The position numbers were made by a program, and so were the translations under genes. A stretch of DNA of 57,378 bases, filler included, from Streblomastix strix (lineage: Eukaryota): NCBI GenBank assembly GCA_008636045.1. It is 2 parts of 2 records of this genome, joined end to end, with 100 filler letters (N's around TTAATTAATTAA, not from the genome) between each part and the next. Parts side by side here need not be neighbours in the genome. Positions count along the whole stretch, not along the records: positions 1 to 28,646 come from SNRW01000117.1; positions 28,747 to 57,378 come from SNRW01000118.1. One strand, 5' to 3'. The notes below the pieces were generated by a model, which did no database searches, was not told the DNA's origin, and saw only the letters and a program-made list of their open reading frames with translations. Shown in pieces: positions 27,122 through 41,021 of the stretch (its first letter is position 1; the number at the start of each line of letters is the position of its first letter).

Positions 27122-28646
27122 CCGTAGGAGACAAAAGGGGCAATGGTGATACAAAAGGGGTAATATTGGTTATATTAATAAAACATTGAAGTAAACATTG
27201 TTAGTTAAGGTGCAATAAATTAAAATATATTGTCAAATATATTAAATTAAGTATAACGTTCAAAAAATGAATTTTTATATTTTCTTGTTTGTTTGGCTTT
27301 AATATGGTGTATTGATAATTTTATATAAGTTTGGTTGTTAAATAAATTATATTTTTCATAAATTTACAAAGATTAAAACCTGCTCTAGAAAATCAAGAAA
27401 ATAGACTTTTACGAATATTTCCTAATTTACTAACCTATACTTAATGATTGCACTGAAGAAATGGTATTATTTTCTTTCATATATTACTATAGTAGCTATG
27501 ACATTACACTTGAAACAAATAAATATCGTCCGAACGAGAAAACCAGCATTTTAAATAAAACCTAATTTCTTTACTATTCATTTTTTTAATTTTGATTATT
27601 TTTATTTTATTCACATTATTTTATTATTTATATTTAAATTTAATTGCATTTCAACGTAATTTAAGTTTATTTTATATGTTATGTAAAAATAAATAAGAAA
27701 TCAGATTGACATTTATTAAAACGAACATTTTTGTTTGATTTACTTTATAGATATTGTTATAAAATGTCTCAAATAATTTAAAATAACAAATATATCATAA
27801 GAAACGATTATAGTAACTAAATAGTAACTAATTGCTCTATAAAAAGTCTATAAATCATCACTTTTTTGTTCCTTATCAGTTTTATCGAAGTTAAATGCTT
27901 TATGAATTAATTATATAATAAAAATAAATAAATAAAATAATAATTATTCCAATACAATTAATAAAATCAAACTTTTAATCCATCTTGTGATAAAATGTAT
28001 GAAATGCTATGAAGTACTCTTAATTGGTTGTTCAGATCAAGTGTATTTCGTATATATGCGCTGATTAGACATTGATTTCTTAAATGTAATAATATTCGTT
28101 ATATGGTTATATATTTGTTTATGTTGTTTTATACTTAGGTTCCTGTAGTGGATATAAAGAAAAGAGAGAATTATAAAAAAAAGTCAAAATTTTTGATTTT
28201 TTTAAATCAATTAACCTCACATATGTGAAGCTGTAATATATGAAAATAAAACAAATACATATTGAAAAATAAAAAAATTTCCATAAAACAAAATTTAAAG
28301 TGTAGATGCGATGCAGAACTTAATTTATTTTAAACAAATTTTCACAAATTATAAAAGTAGTTTTCATATGAAATATTCAAAATTAATGATTGAATACCAA
28401 ATAAACTTATACAAAATGGAGATACATTAAATTAATAAACAATAATAATATTTATGTAATAAGTAAGTTATATAAAAAACCAGCAAAGAAACCAAACATA
28501 ATGTATAGTTGTTCAAGAACCAGAAAAGTAAAGTTGGTAAATATTAATAACACAATTGCCTTATATATGTATATGCAAAATTAAAATAATAAAAATTAAA
28601 TAAAATTATTTTCATTCTAAAGACTAAATGAAATTTTATTAAAATG
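27122..28646. mobile_element. Probable left end of a TA-flanked DNA transposon, cut by the contig end
   Basis: TA|CCGTAGGAGACAAAAGGGG followed by a sub-terminal repeat GATACAAAAGGGG. It begins exactly where a 40-bp match to 6249-6288 stops. No transposase seen. Confidence 0.35.
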
Positions 28647-28746
28647 NNNNNNNNNNNNNNNNNNNNNNNNNNNNNNNNNNNNNNNNNNNNTTAATTAATT
28701 AANNNNNNNNNNNNNNNNNNNNNNNNNNNNNNNNNNNNNNNNNNNN
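28647..28746. other. Artificial contig linker
   Basis: 44 N + TTAATTAATTAA (standard-code stops in all six frames) + 44 N. Confidence 0.97.
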
Positions 28747-28749
28747 AAT

Positions 28750-29208
28750 ACAATAATGTTCATCACTAATCTACTTCAACATCCATATTCATTAATCATT
28801 ATCAATATTGCAATCAATAATTTTATTTCAAGTGTTTATTTTCTTTTACATTATTTATATTATCATATTTATTATTATTATTTATTATTATTATTTATTT
28901 AACATTAATTTATTTTATTTTTCAATGTGGGGCACTCTCCTTTTTCACATAACTACTAAGGAGAGTGCCCCACATTGAAAAATAAAATAAAATAATATAA
29001 AATAAATAATAATAAATAATAATAATAATAAATAATATAAAATAATAATAATAATAAATAATATAAATGAAAATAAACATTTTAAATAAGATTATTGATT
29101 AAAATATTGAATATGATGAATGAATATCGACATTGAAGTAGATTAGTGATGTACATTATTGAATGATACTCTTGAAATGCATGGCACTTTCCTTTTTCAC
29201 ATAACTAC
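28750..29208. repeat. Large inverted repeat with Polinton-type AGTAGT terminus motif
   Basis: Perfect 34-bp arms 28909-28942 / 28958-28991 inside imperfect ~200-bp arms. GGCACTYTCCTTTTTCACATAACTAC occurs at 28931-28956 and 29183-29208. Confidence 0.8.
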
Positions 29209-29708
29209 ATGACAGAGCTTATAGAAATTGTATCATAATAAATCTCACTGAAGATTTTCTTCTGAAATAATATATTTAAATATTAATGCATTTATTAAAT
29301 TTTATAGTCGTTAATCTATTTTAAACATTTATTCAATAGTTTCAGATTATTTTTCTAACTTCAATTCTTTAGGTCATAATCTTAATGATATTTTACCTTT
29401 GAGTCTTGTAATTCTGTAACCACCTTTAATTTTATAATACATGTTCAATTTAAGCATTGATATCTTTTCCATTTCATCTTTATCCAAAAAAAAAAATATT
29501 ACCTGAATTCGTTCAAATTTTCAAACGTTATTGGAACTGGATTAAATTTCTCCATAATTTATATCTTTGGAATGTTTTCAACGATGGTTTTTTGTGGAGT
29601 CCTTGAGCGACTTCCTGATCGTTTATCAAAGATTAAACGTGTCATCTCGTCTCACTGCGTGTCACAACATTTCATTCAATGAAAATTAACACTAATGCTA
29701 AAATTTAT

Positions 29709-30215
29709 TCAATATATTAGCTCCAACTCTAATATAAAGTCCATATGGTTAGTATCAAGTAGATTTCCGTCTTAATCTTTGAACCAAAAGTACATTAATG
29801 GAGCATGATTCATTTATTGAAATATTTTTTAAGTTCTTTATTCATCACAGATTCAAAAATTATAATCATTGTATTATTCTTCCTGGACAATCGTTGAATG
29901 TAAGGATATTTTTCTATGCTCTTTTGGAGTTATATCAGGATCATTTTATGCAAGAAAATCATGATAATATATTTCAATCATCCATGGAATTATATATTAA
30001 TCAAATGTTATTCTTCTGTTATTCTAAAAATTAACAAAGTCTACAGGAAATCTTCTTACAAATGATCGATCTTAGATTAAGTTACGTTCATAGGTAACAA
30101 TAAAATGTTTTTTATTTGATGCTACTCATCATATATTTGATTTACTGCAAAAATATTCACTTCGTGATTAAGCCGATTTTATCGGCATAAATTTAATACT
30201 CCATAATTTATTCAT
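29709..30215 (-). pseudogene. Minor capsid (penton)-like protein
   Basis: C-terminus SLHSTIVQ..MYFWFKDQDGNLLDTNHMDFILELELIY* resembles polinton/virophage penton ends (xDQxGxxxD..FxLxL). Internal TGAs. Confidence 0.6.
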
Positions 30216-30223
30216 TATTTTTT

Positions 30224-32747
30224 TCATGCTCCAATTTCATTAACTATTTCGTCAAAAGAATGTATTGTGCCATAATGGCATGATCTACCTTGATTTAGAC
30301 TAAATAACCAGAAAGTGATTTGAACTATAAACAGAATTGGAGGTTATCGTTTTCCATTAGTATCAATAATATAATAACAATCAGTAACCCCTTGATAAAT
30401 TTGAGCTCAACGAAGTTCGACAGAAATATTTTTATTTATTGTATAAAGTCCATAAAAAGTTAGAGTACCATTGCAATTTCTCTGACATTGTAACGAAACC
30501 ATGAAAGAAGTTAAATCAGTATATACATTAAGTCTTCATGTTACAGTTTTTCTTGGAGTTGTCAACGTATCTTCAAATTCATCTGTTGCTTCAAATAATT
30601 AATCTAAATAACTTGATTTGAGCTACAATTAAAAGAATTATCAATCATTAGTATTTATAGGCTTATCTGGGAAGTTTCTTTCGCAAGTTGTCAATTACAT
30701 ATTTTAATAACATGGATTTTCGAAACAAGTGGTACATCTAGCATCTTTATGAAATAACAACAGAAAGTCAGTAACATGAGATAATGGAATATTTTAAGAA
30801 GTTCTGATTCCAGTAAGTGTTGCAGAAGTTGGGAATGGCCATATTTCAACTCTCTAAGCTGGAAGTACAAACCCTCTAGTACTGAAGAGTTCCCTAACTC
30901 TTACAATGCATGTATCAATTGGTTTATATCCAGTCATATTTGGGTGTGTCCATTCAGTAGGATCATATTTTTTTTTATTTAAAAATATTTTAAATAATTT
31001 TAATAATAATATCTGAAGTTACAATTTTTTGAAATTATGCGGCGTTGCTGAAACTGCCAAAAAATATAACTTAGATTTTTCGCAATCAAAATGGAATCAT
31101 TATCACTTTAATTATATTGTAAACTTTTTAAAATTATTTTAAAAATAGGTATAACTATAAATATTGCAGATTCCACCGCGAGTGTTATAAAATAGATTTT
31201 TTTATTGTTTTCATTTTTTACTCAATCTATTATTTCAAATGATTAATTTTTTTTTAATTTTTTAATAATAAATAATAAAATTTAAGTATATAAGTTAATA
31301 AGTTCAACTTTCCTTTCTATGACAGATACAAATTCTCAAAAAAAAATAAAATCAATTTTGCTCCAAAATTACTGATAAAATTTTAATTTTTATTAAATTT
31401 AAAAATATTAAATAATTAACAATAATGTACTTCACTATAAAAATTGGAGATTAATTTAAATTGAGCCGTAAAACTGAAAAAGTAAAAAAAAATTGTAATC
31501 TCAGAAGCGTGCCGCTGAAAATTCACCAACTGCCAATAATTATACCTGAAAAATAATTTTATATATTTTAAATAAAATTAAAACGATAGTGATATCATTT
31601 CCATTGCAAAAAAGCGAAGTTATATTTTTTGACCTTTTCCACAACGCCGCACTATTACGAAAACTATAACTCCAGATATTGTTATTAAAATTATTATAAA
31701 TATTTTTAAATATTAAAAAATAAAGGTGTTGTTTGTAAATGGAAACACTCATTTGCGAATACTTCAGTTACAACATAATTCTTTATTGAAACTGTTACTG
31801 GAGCAATAACACAAACAAGATTCTTCAAGTCACTTGGAGTATATTATTCCGTTATATTGCAAATTTTCAAATCAACCATATATCCAAGCAATGTAAATTA
31901 TTTTGCATATTTGAATGTTAGGCTCCAATTACGGAAGAAGAGGTCAATATCCATCAACTTCTGCTATCTAGAACTTAGCATTTCATTCTTATTCATTGAA
32001 TAATATTTAACCAATGGAACTGTTGGATTAACATATCCAAACACAAATCCGTTAGGATTGATCTTGAATTTAATCTTAAGATCTCCAAACATTCCATTTA
32101 GATAATATTTGAAAGTAGAGAATATCAGCAATTCATTTAAAAGTACTGAAAAAAGATGAATCTAATAGGTATCAAGTATAGAATATTTATTTAAGTTCCA
32201 ATTGCTTCTTCAAACTCTATCTTTGTAATATAAGTTCCACACGCTGAAGTATATAACTTATGGATATTTTCATATAACGAATGAATAAGTTTTCTAATAT
32301 TTTTCTTTGATTTTGGCTTAACATGTTATAGATGAATGATTCAGTTGTTGCAACATTCTACAAGCTTCCATCAATAGTTCTGCTACGATTATAAACTGTG
32401 TATTCACAAATAATATTGCTTCCTGACTTCAGTCCAAATAATAATAATACTCCATCCTTGTACGAATCATCAAATTATTCGAACTTATTATCAAATTATA
32501 GTTTCACAGATAATACAATAGATATGAATGAATTTTTTATAAGAGTTATGTCATGATCACTGTTAGATAAACTAATGATGATCTCTTTATCAAACAACGC
32601 TGGCATCTATGATTCAGGTTTAATATCTTTAATTGAATAATGATGTTCTCCGTCATTTTTGAATGGAACTACCGCGTTTGATTCAAGTTATGATTCAATT
32701 GTATTTAATCCTTGAACTTAGGTTGCTTTTGCAAGAAAACGATTCAT
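30224..32747 (-). pseudogene. Probable double-jelly-roll major capsid protein, interrupted by a MITE
   Basis: About 570 codons after removing 30942-31750. Beta-rich (..MFGDLKIKFKINP.., ..PAQRVEIWPFPT..NIPLSHVTDFLLLF..) and lies between the pVI-like and penton-like genes. Identity inferred from size and synteny. Confidence 0.6.
30942..31750. mobile_element. 809-bp MITE with long imperfect TIRs, GRG termini and 4-bp TSD (Sola2-like)
   Basis: Ends GGGTGTGTCCATT / AATGGAAACACTC, ~210-bp imperfect TIRs, ATTT duplicated at 30938-30941 and 31751-31754. Excision restores the frame EVFAN|MTGYK. Confidence 0.85.
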
Positions 32748-32842
32748 GCTGATTTGTGAAAGAACAAAAATAATTACTTTAAATTATGTTATTACACCAG
32801 TCCAAATCGTTTCCGATTTGGCGACGAGCTTTGTGCAGTCTC

Positions 32843-33157
32843 TCACGATTGACCTCCACGAAGTTTAATTAATCTACTTAACGATTCTATTGGCAAATTC
32901 TGCAAATATGGATCATACATTAAATAGTTAAATTTATCTTTCGCATCTTATTTAGATCCTTATCCATTATCTGCATCAAGAGCAGATGAACCAGCTTCAA
33001 TTCCTTTCATAATTAAGCCACCACCAGGTATGAAGCCAGTAAGTTGCTTTGCTGCAGGAAGTACGATTGGTTTCACTATCTTATCATTAACACACGACAA
33101 ACCTTTGCCAACTTTAGATACTAATGATTTGATTTTAGAGAATATTCCGACTGCCAT
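32843..33157 (-). CDS. Small amphipathic virion protein, adenovirus pVI-like
   Basis: MAVGIFSKIKSLVSKVGKGLS..KIVKP..FIPGGG..IKLRGGQS*. Lies immediately upstream of the capsid-like gene. Confidence 0.55.
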
Positions 33158-33221
33158 ATTATTGAATGATAATCTAATTTGGATTAAACAAAAATAAACA
33201 ACATCCTTTTAGTTTACCTTA

Positions 33222-36200
33222 TCAATCGACATAAAATAATCCACTAACGTAATAGTAAAGTACATTAGATGATTATGGCGGTATAACTACGAGTCTATCA
33301 ACAGAAAATGAATATTATTTTGTAGAACCATTCGCTATAAAACATCACACAAAAGTATCTGTTTGATATGAATCACCAACAGTTATCATTACTGTTGCTG
33401 GAAACACTAACTAATTATTATTTATAGGAATAAATTCTTCAGGAATTGGTGAAACTGGTAAATATTATTGGTAGAATCCATTAATCTCAAGTAATAAGTT
33501 GAATACGAACACTTTACATGGATCATCGTCAACAATGTAAAAAGAATTGTGAAAAGATTCTAAATTAAAACCTTTGTATAAGTTTCAATTTTTGTGTAAT
33601 AATCATCAAGTATTGCATTATTTATTTTTTCATCAAATAATACATCTGTTTCATTTTTACTATATGTTGCACTTTTATCAGCTTTAACGTTTATAATTCG
33701 TCTGCTTCAATTCTTGAATATACATCTGGTGCTGGAGCATTATTAATATTATTGATTTAATTGCTTATTTTAGTGATTTAATCAACTAAATCTACAACGT
33801 TATAAAGAGATGATCCATACAATACCTTATCATGTTTCAAGACAACATCAAGCATATGCAAATCACCGCCAATTTTAATTATATTTCTAACAAAAACAAA
33901 CTCTTTAAAAAATATTATTATCTTACCTTAGAAAGAACTTACATTAGTCCAGATGATACAGCTCTCATTATTCTTGACGAAATACAGAAAATATTGGTTA
34001 ATTCGACGATCGCTGCGCCAAAAAATTACATCGTCGAATTAAGTATAATTCGGCGACTATTAAAGTTTTCTTTAAAAAAAATTTATTAATTTTTATTTAG
34101 AAACAATTCAAATGTATTATAAATTTTTATTATTTATATATTGAAATATATGATTTTATTTTAGTAACAATTAATTTTGATAAGTAAAATTTTTTTAAAT
34201 TTTTCTGATTTCAAATTCATTGTACAAAAACTTCAATTAGATCTGTTCTGATGGTAGCATGCTTTTTAGCTTGAATGATTGTACGAGTCACGTAACTGAA
34301 TGTTTCTAACAAAAATTTTTTAAAGATTTCTATTATTTATTAACAAATATCACAATAATAAATAATGAAATAATTTAAATTTTTTTAAAAAATTTTATTT
34401 TAATAATAAAAATTTGAATATAAAATTTTATAAATTAAATTTATAAAAAAATTTTTTAATTGATAAATAAATTAAATTTTTTATTTTACTTAATATATAT
34501 TTATATAATTTAGGATTTATCTATAAATTTTATTAAATTATTGTAATCAATTAATATTATAATAATTATTATGATTTATATCCAAAGGCCAATATGAATA
34601 CAACCGTAGACTGAAACCATTGAAACTGTCCCGTTACTGTTCATTTTATTGATCATCAATATTTTTCATGTGTACTTCAACATCAAGTGCCAATTTAATA
34701 TTGGCACTGAATAATCAGAATTCTTATTGGAATAAAGATGAAAATTAAAATAATCATCCAGATTCAATTGGAGTGCTGGTTTAAAAGACAGTACTTTTAT
34801 TTTTTAAATTATAATCTATTTATATTAAAACTTTTTTGGTAAAATTTTAATGATTTTCAATGAATAATCTGATAGTTAGAATTTTACTATTAAAGACGCT
34901 GCTAGGCTTTAAGGCGGAATTGTTCAAAGCATTCAAGGTATAATTATTCAACAACCATAGTTTGAACCGGAGGAAGATAAGAGTCAAAGTGAGCTAATTT
35001 TCTAAATTGCAGACTCTGAGCTACAAGATATAAAATGTACAATATGTCGCATTTTCTCATTCGCGTTGAATTATTCTAATTATTTGTATGTATTATTTAA
35101 TTTTTTATTAAAATTAACTGAAATTTATAAATTAAACGTTTTTTAGAATTGTTAGATAAAAATTCTTGGGACATTATTGAAGTTTACCTCATATATAAAT
35201 ATATAAATTGAGCGAAAGATAAATAACACCACAAGTTATTCGTAAATATTAGAAGATACATATGAATTTAAATATGATGAGGGAAGATAAGTTAGTCCCT
35301 TCGCGATTAAAAGTACATCATATTTTAATTTTCTATTACTTAATTTAAATTTAAATTTTATATTTTTTTTAATTAAATTATTTTTATAAATATAGGAATT
35401 TAACCAACAAAAGATAATATTGAAGCTGATATTTATTCTGAATTTCATGACCTCCATCTTTATGTCGATTTCATAAAGTAATTTGATTTTTTGATATAAA
35501 ATTTAAAAGTATTTCTAATTTTTATTAAATACATTTTTCAGTAATTTAGTTATTTTAAAAATATTATTTAAGATTCACATCAACATCCAAATTGTTAGTC
35601 TATTTTTGAGATATACTGATTTAAAAGTTAAAAAGAAGCCAAAAAGTTTTATTTTAAAAGATATTTAACTTCTTATGTGAAATTCAAAAGATATATAAAT
35701 AAAGTATTTAATAAAATTAAAATAATTATTTTAGTTCTAATCATTTTCCGCTTTTGTTTAATTATATTATAAATGAAGAAGTTATTATCCTATCATGTTA
35801 TGAAGAAATAAACAAAATAAATATATTTATTATTTTAGATTTTTTTTATTATAAACTGATTTTCTAATTTATATTTTAATATAGTTTAATTTATATTTAT
35901 TATATTATATTTAAGTTACGCATCAATTAGCAAAGACTGCAATTCAGTATCAAATGTGAAAGTGATTTTTTGTTAAATTCGAAATTTAATTGAATAAATT
36001 ACCAAATATATATAAAATTAATATTTAATGAAAAATATTTAAAGTATTTCAATATTACTTCAAAAATAAACTATTTTATAACAATTAATTAAAATAAAAT
36101 AAATTATAGTAATTGTAATAATTTATTCAAAATAGAGATATTTTTTATAGAATAAATTTTAACAGTAATAGCTATTAAAGTACCAGTTGAAGTTCAATTC

Positions 36201-37755
36201 GCAATTTCAGTAATTTAAGTAATATTAGTAATAATAATTTTATAACAGTTTTTTATTAGTAATAATAATAATAATAGAAGTAATTGTTATTTTAATTTTA
36301 AAAAAATAGTAGAAATAATATTAATAGCAATTGTAATAGCAGTAATAGTTGTATTAATAGAAGTGATATTAATAGTAGTAGGAGTTGTAATATTAGTAGT
36401 AATTGTAAAAAATGAAATTAATGAAACAGATGTAGTTGTGAAAATTGCAGTAACAATATTGGAAGTAATAGAGGTAGTAGTAGAAATAATAGTAGAATTA
36501 GTAGTAATAATAAAATTTATAATAATATTATTAGTTATAGTAATTATCGTAATAGTAATTGAAGTAATTGTAATTATAAGACTAGTAAAGTAATAATCGT
36601 AATTTTAGTTATAGTTATACTTTTAATATTTATTTTAATAATAATAATAATAATAGTTGAAGTAATATAAGAAATAATAATATTTGTAGTAGATAAAATT
36701 ATAGAAATAATTGTAATAATTCAACTGAAAATAATTGGTAGTAACAGAAATAGAGTGAATAATGATGGTAGTAATAACTTTAATAGTAATAGTTAAAGAA
36801 ATTTTTGTAATAATATTAATTAAGTTATAAATTTTTTTTAATATTAATAAATAATAATGTTAATTATAACTTTAAATATAATAAAATAATTCATGTATAA
36901 ATTTTGATGTAATCTAGAAAAATTATGTCAATAAATTTATAATAAAAATAACTTTTATTTTTAAAGTAAAAATATCTTTAATTTCAAAAATAAATTTAAT
37001 TCGTTTTTTTTTAATTAACATAATAAATTTATAATAATATTTATTAAATTTTTCGACGAATTATCTAAAAAAATTGTCGAATTAATCGAAATAATTTAAT
37101 AGTTTTAATTTAAATTAAGTTTTTATAAATTCAAATAAACGAATTATTATAATTAACGAATTAACCGATAGTCGAATTAACCGGTTTATACTGTATCTCC
37201 TAAATCAATTATTGACGATATTTTTCTAACTTTTTATAGGTATATTTTATAAGAATCTCTAAGCAAATTTACTTTATCAACATATAATGTTATGATATTC
37301 ACATTTGAAATTGTTATATCTGATGTTGTTTCTGTACCTTCATGACAAAATTTACTATAATAAATTTCACCTTCAATAATTATTTCAACTTAACTTTCAG
37401 GAACTTCATATGTATATGCTACTACTCCTACTAATTAAGATCCAAATAATATAAAATATGCAGATTCTTTTGCTATATATTCATCTTCACTTATTACATC
37501 CAATAACCATCAGCAAACAGAAGGATCTAGCATGACTGTTTCTTCAAATATTGATGAACAACGATGAACATATGGTTAAATTGTGATTTATTATTCATTT
37601 TCAAAAGATGAAGCAACTTATACAATTTCTCTTGGTGGTATCATTTATAAGGATAAAATCCTAAAAATTTAACTTTAATTCAATTATTTGGTATTAGTTC
37701 AAGTAGATTAAACCATTTGTTTTTGTTCATTCTCTTCCATGTTTGTTTCACTCAT
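33222..37755 (-). pseudogene. Fibre/spike-like protein split by a TA-flanked insertion
   Basis: YSRIEADEL..KADKSATYSKNETDVLFDEK repeats typical of viral fibres and a beta-rich C-terminal head. The halves rejoin at IDLGD|ISS on removing 33985-37193. Frameshifted. Confidence 0.5.
33985..37193. mobile_element. Non-autonomous Tc1/mariner-pogo-type element (3.2 kb)
   Basis: TA|CAGAAAATATTGGTTAATTCGACGATCG ... CGATAGTCGAATTAACCGGTTTATACTG|TA, with sub-terminal CGAATTA repeats. No transposase recognised. Confidence 0.75.
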
Positions 37756-37876
37756 AGAATTGATTTCGATCATTCATTTTTATTTCGTTATCATAATTAA
37801 AGTTTGCTGAGAGCGTTATATCGCGTCTAAGCAAAATAATTTTTTGATTTTATCTTTCAATCAAAGCATAACAAAT

Positions 37877-39100
37877 ATGATTCAATCATGATAATCATCG
37901 TCATCAACACAAATATTAGGTTTTTTTATTTCAGGTAATTAATTAATTGCAGATATTGGAAATAGAAGGGTGTATGAAAAAATATATAATGAAGGAGCTG
38001 ATCAGTATTTACCATATAATGTAAATAATTAAGCAAGATATATGGGTTTCATTCGAGGCTAACTAAAAAAATTTCCAAGTAAAAACGTAACTTTTGAAAC
38101 TGTTGCAGTTAGAGTCGGAAATGATACATTAGGTGTAAAACGTAGGATATAATAAAAAGAATTAGCTACTTAAGTTGGATCTCTAATAATGCATATTGTT
38201 GGAAGATTAACAAAAAATTTAAAAAAAATAATAGCATTAGTTAATTAACAAAGTTCTTGGAATTTGGTTAAAGATAGAAGTTTGAAAAATTGGAAAGTTT
38301 AGACTAAAGACCTTGATAAAGATCTATATACACCTAAAAATGTTATTATGACCAACCCAAGTGAATTTTATTATATTAATGACTATCATGTTATTGAGCT
38401 AAAATATAATTTCATATTAAGTTAATATTTTGACAAATATCCTACAAAATTATAAAGAACTGATAATAATTATTGATCTTGGTATGATTAAACAATTAAG
38501 CAATTAATTCTAGCAGCAATTGATATATAGTTATTTAATAATGCTGTTCAGATTGTTATTAAGAGTATAAGTCTCTCAGTTGATAAAAACAATAGAAAGA
38601 GGAATCAAGCTCTTCGTCGAAAATAATAATAAACCTTCTTAAGATTAATTTTATTTCTTTAAAAATGTCATTTCATAGGGTTTTATGCAGCGGCGAATGC
38701 TCCCTAATAGGCAAAATACGTATTCGCTTCCGTAAATTACTTCTAAATGTATAAAAATCTTTAAACTAGAAAATAGTGCTAGACGAAAAACAAATAAGCA
38801 ATAAATGTATTTAATATTTTATATGTAGGAAAGCCATTGACGGATTTAACAGAATTATATAACTCAATCAAAGCTTATGTAACAAAAGCAAATATTGATG
38901 TAGAAAAAGGAAATGATTTCGGATTTATATTTAATTTTATTCTTCAAGATCTAAGTTATGAAACAACAAATCATATAATTTCTCATTCAAAACTTGTAAT
39001 GAAAAAGGATAGAGCAGATGAAGTGTAGGATGAAAATGAAGCAAAATTAAAATCATTTGCTAAAAGAGAAAAATTAAAATAAGGTTAAGAATAAATTTGA
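37877..39100 (+). pseudogene. Two degenerate viral ORFs of unknown function
   Basis: Coding-like frames at about 37877-38630 and 38665-39100 with stops and frameshifts. Confidence 0.35.
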
Positions 39101-39539
39101 CAGAGCAAAGAAGATAAGGATTTGTTTCATTTTTATTCATCAGTTTAAGTTGAAATTATATCTTTCAATTTTATAATTCGTTCATAAAACTAATCAATAA
39201 TTTCATGAATTTATATCAATGCTTCGTTACTTACTATTATATTTTGAAGTATATTAATTATTCTGAGTTAAGAATCAGTCGAATGAGATTTGAAATATTA
39301 TTTTATAAAGATTACTTTGCTGCACATATCTTAAATGTTATCTACCAATTGTTTAGCTTTTTCATCAGATAAATATTTCCGTTTGCTTCTACGAGTGTCT
39401 TTTTCCTTTTTGATTGTTAGCATTTTTAAGTTGTTCAATGTTTAAATAATTAATTGCATAATTTCTATTTTTTCCAACTTTAATTTAAAATTAATTAAAA
39501 TTATATAGATAAAAATATAAAATGAAATTAAATATATTA

Positions 39540-40603
39540 AAATAAGATTCGAATTAGAAACATTTATCGATAATCTTTGAATTTTTGGAGTATATAATTC
39601 TTTAATATTTTTATTTACATATTTGCAATAATATATTGGAATTTCTATAGTCTTTAATTCATTAAAGGTCATAATCGTTAACCACAAACGTTTCCGTGGA
39701 CTTATGCAACAAATTCTGCAAGTTTATAAAAATTTCTTCTTTATTTCATGAAAATATGTATTGTACGATAGTAACCAACATGAATCATTATGATATCTCC
39801 ATTCTGAAAGTTATGCAATTTTTCAAATATTTATTTATATTTTGCTTCTAGAAATTCTATATTATGTTTTCTTATGAATATTTCTTCTAGATCTACATTA
39901 TTATTCACTTATTCAGAAGTAAAATAATTATTGAAAGCTTTATGTAGAGTATAATTTTAAATTTCTATCATTTATTACATTAAACCAGGATTTGCAAATG
40001 CTCTTTCATCTAATCCGAATGCATTTCTGATAGTTCTTACAACTGAATCAACAATTTTGTTATGATTTGTAAATGAAATAGAAGATCCATTAATGAAAAA
40101 TGTTTTAAAAAAATTATTATTTGGAGCTCTGTAGAAATTTATTAATAATGGAACAGTAAATCTTTTTTCGCCATCACCTCTAATATATCTTACATTCTGA
40201 TGTTATACTAAATTTTATAGTACTTTTAGAATTTATTCAGTTGATTTTTAAGATAAAAGATATACAACAAGATATTTGATATTGATATTGATACGGAATA
40301 AATAAATTTAACTTACTTTCTTTATTAACGGATTCATTGAGAAAACTAAATTAATTTCACTTGAAATTATATTTCGAGAATAGTAAAATCTTCAAAATTT
40401 CTTATAAAATTAATTAATTTAATAATCTGTAATGTCTACGATGTCATAAGTTCTAAATACATTTTGATCAAATTGAATTCCATGTATTTTCTAAAATGCT
40501 TTTATTTTTGATTTGAATAGGAATTCTACGTCTTTTCTAAATTATTGCTCACGAACTGTCAATTTTTATCCATTATTCTTTCTTTTTCAACTCTATTCGC
40601 CAT
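39540..40603 (-). pseudogene. Retroviral-like (rve) integrase of the Polinton
   Basis: EINLVF..YLFRININIKYLVV..IRGDGEKRF..FTNHNKIVDSVVRTIRNAFG..NYTLHKAF. Frameshifts near both ends. Confidence 0.75.
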
Positions 40604-41021
40604 TTCATAGATATAATCATTAGACCATTATATTATTGATTTTCTACCTACTATTATTATTTTTGCATATTTTTCCATAACTGGAAACTCAGCATCAATA
40701 TAATGTAAATCAAATGCTTCAATGAATTCTAATAAGCTTAAATTTTGCTTTTTTTGAAGTATTTCTTAAATTACAAGAATTTATTATTAACGATATTCCT
40801 CAACGGCACTTAGATTGTTTGATTTATATCTTTCAAGTATTTCGCTTAAAATTTCTTCTTCCGATTTTCTTTTTGGCGGTCATATGTAATGATCTCCTTT
40901 TCTATTAGGTGATAAGTAAGTTGTATTGCATTCATTACTCATTGTAATTTTTAATTAAATCAAAAATAAAACAAAAAATAATGTAGTCTTTAAACATCAA
41001 ACGGAGTTTATACTGACTTCA

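Noticed and set aside
28647..28746. TTAATTAATTAA palindrome and apparent linkage of the two halves
   Set aside because: Synthetic linker, so no biological adjacency can be inferred.
36363..36593. Hydrophobic I/V-rich ORF in the track resembling a membrane protein
   Set aside because: By-product of an RTA-triplet low-complexity tract inside a non-autonomous element.
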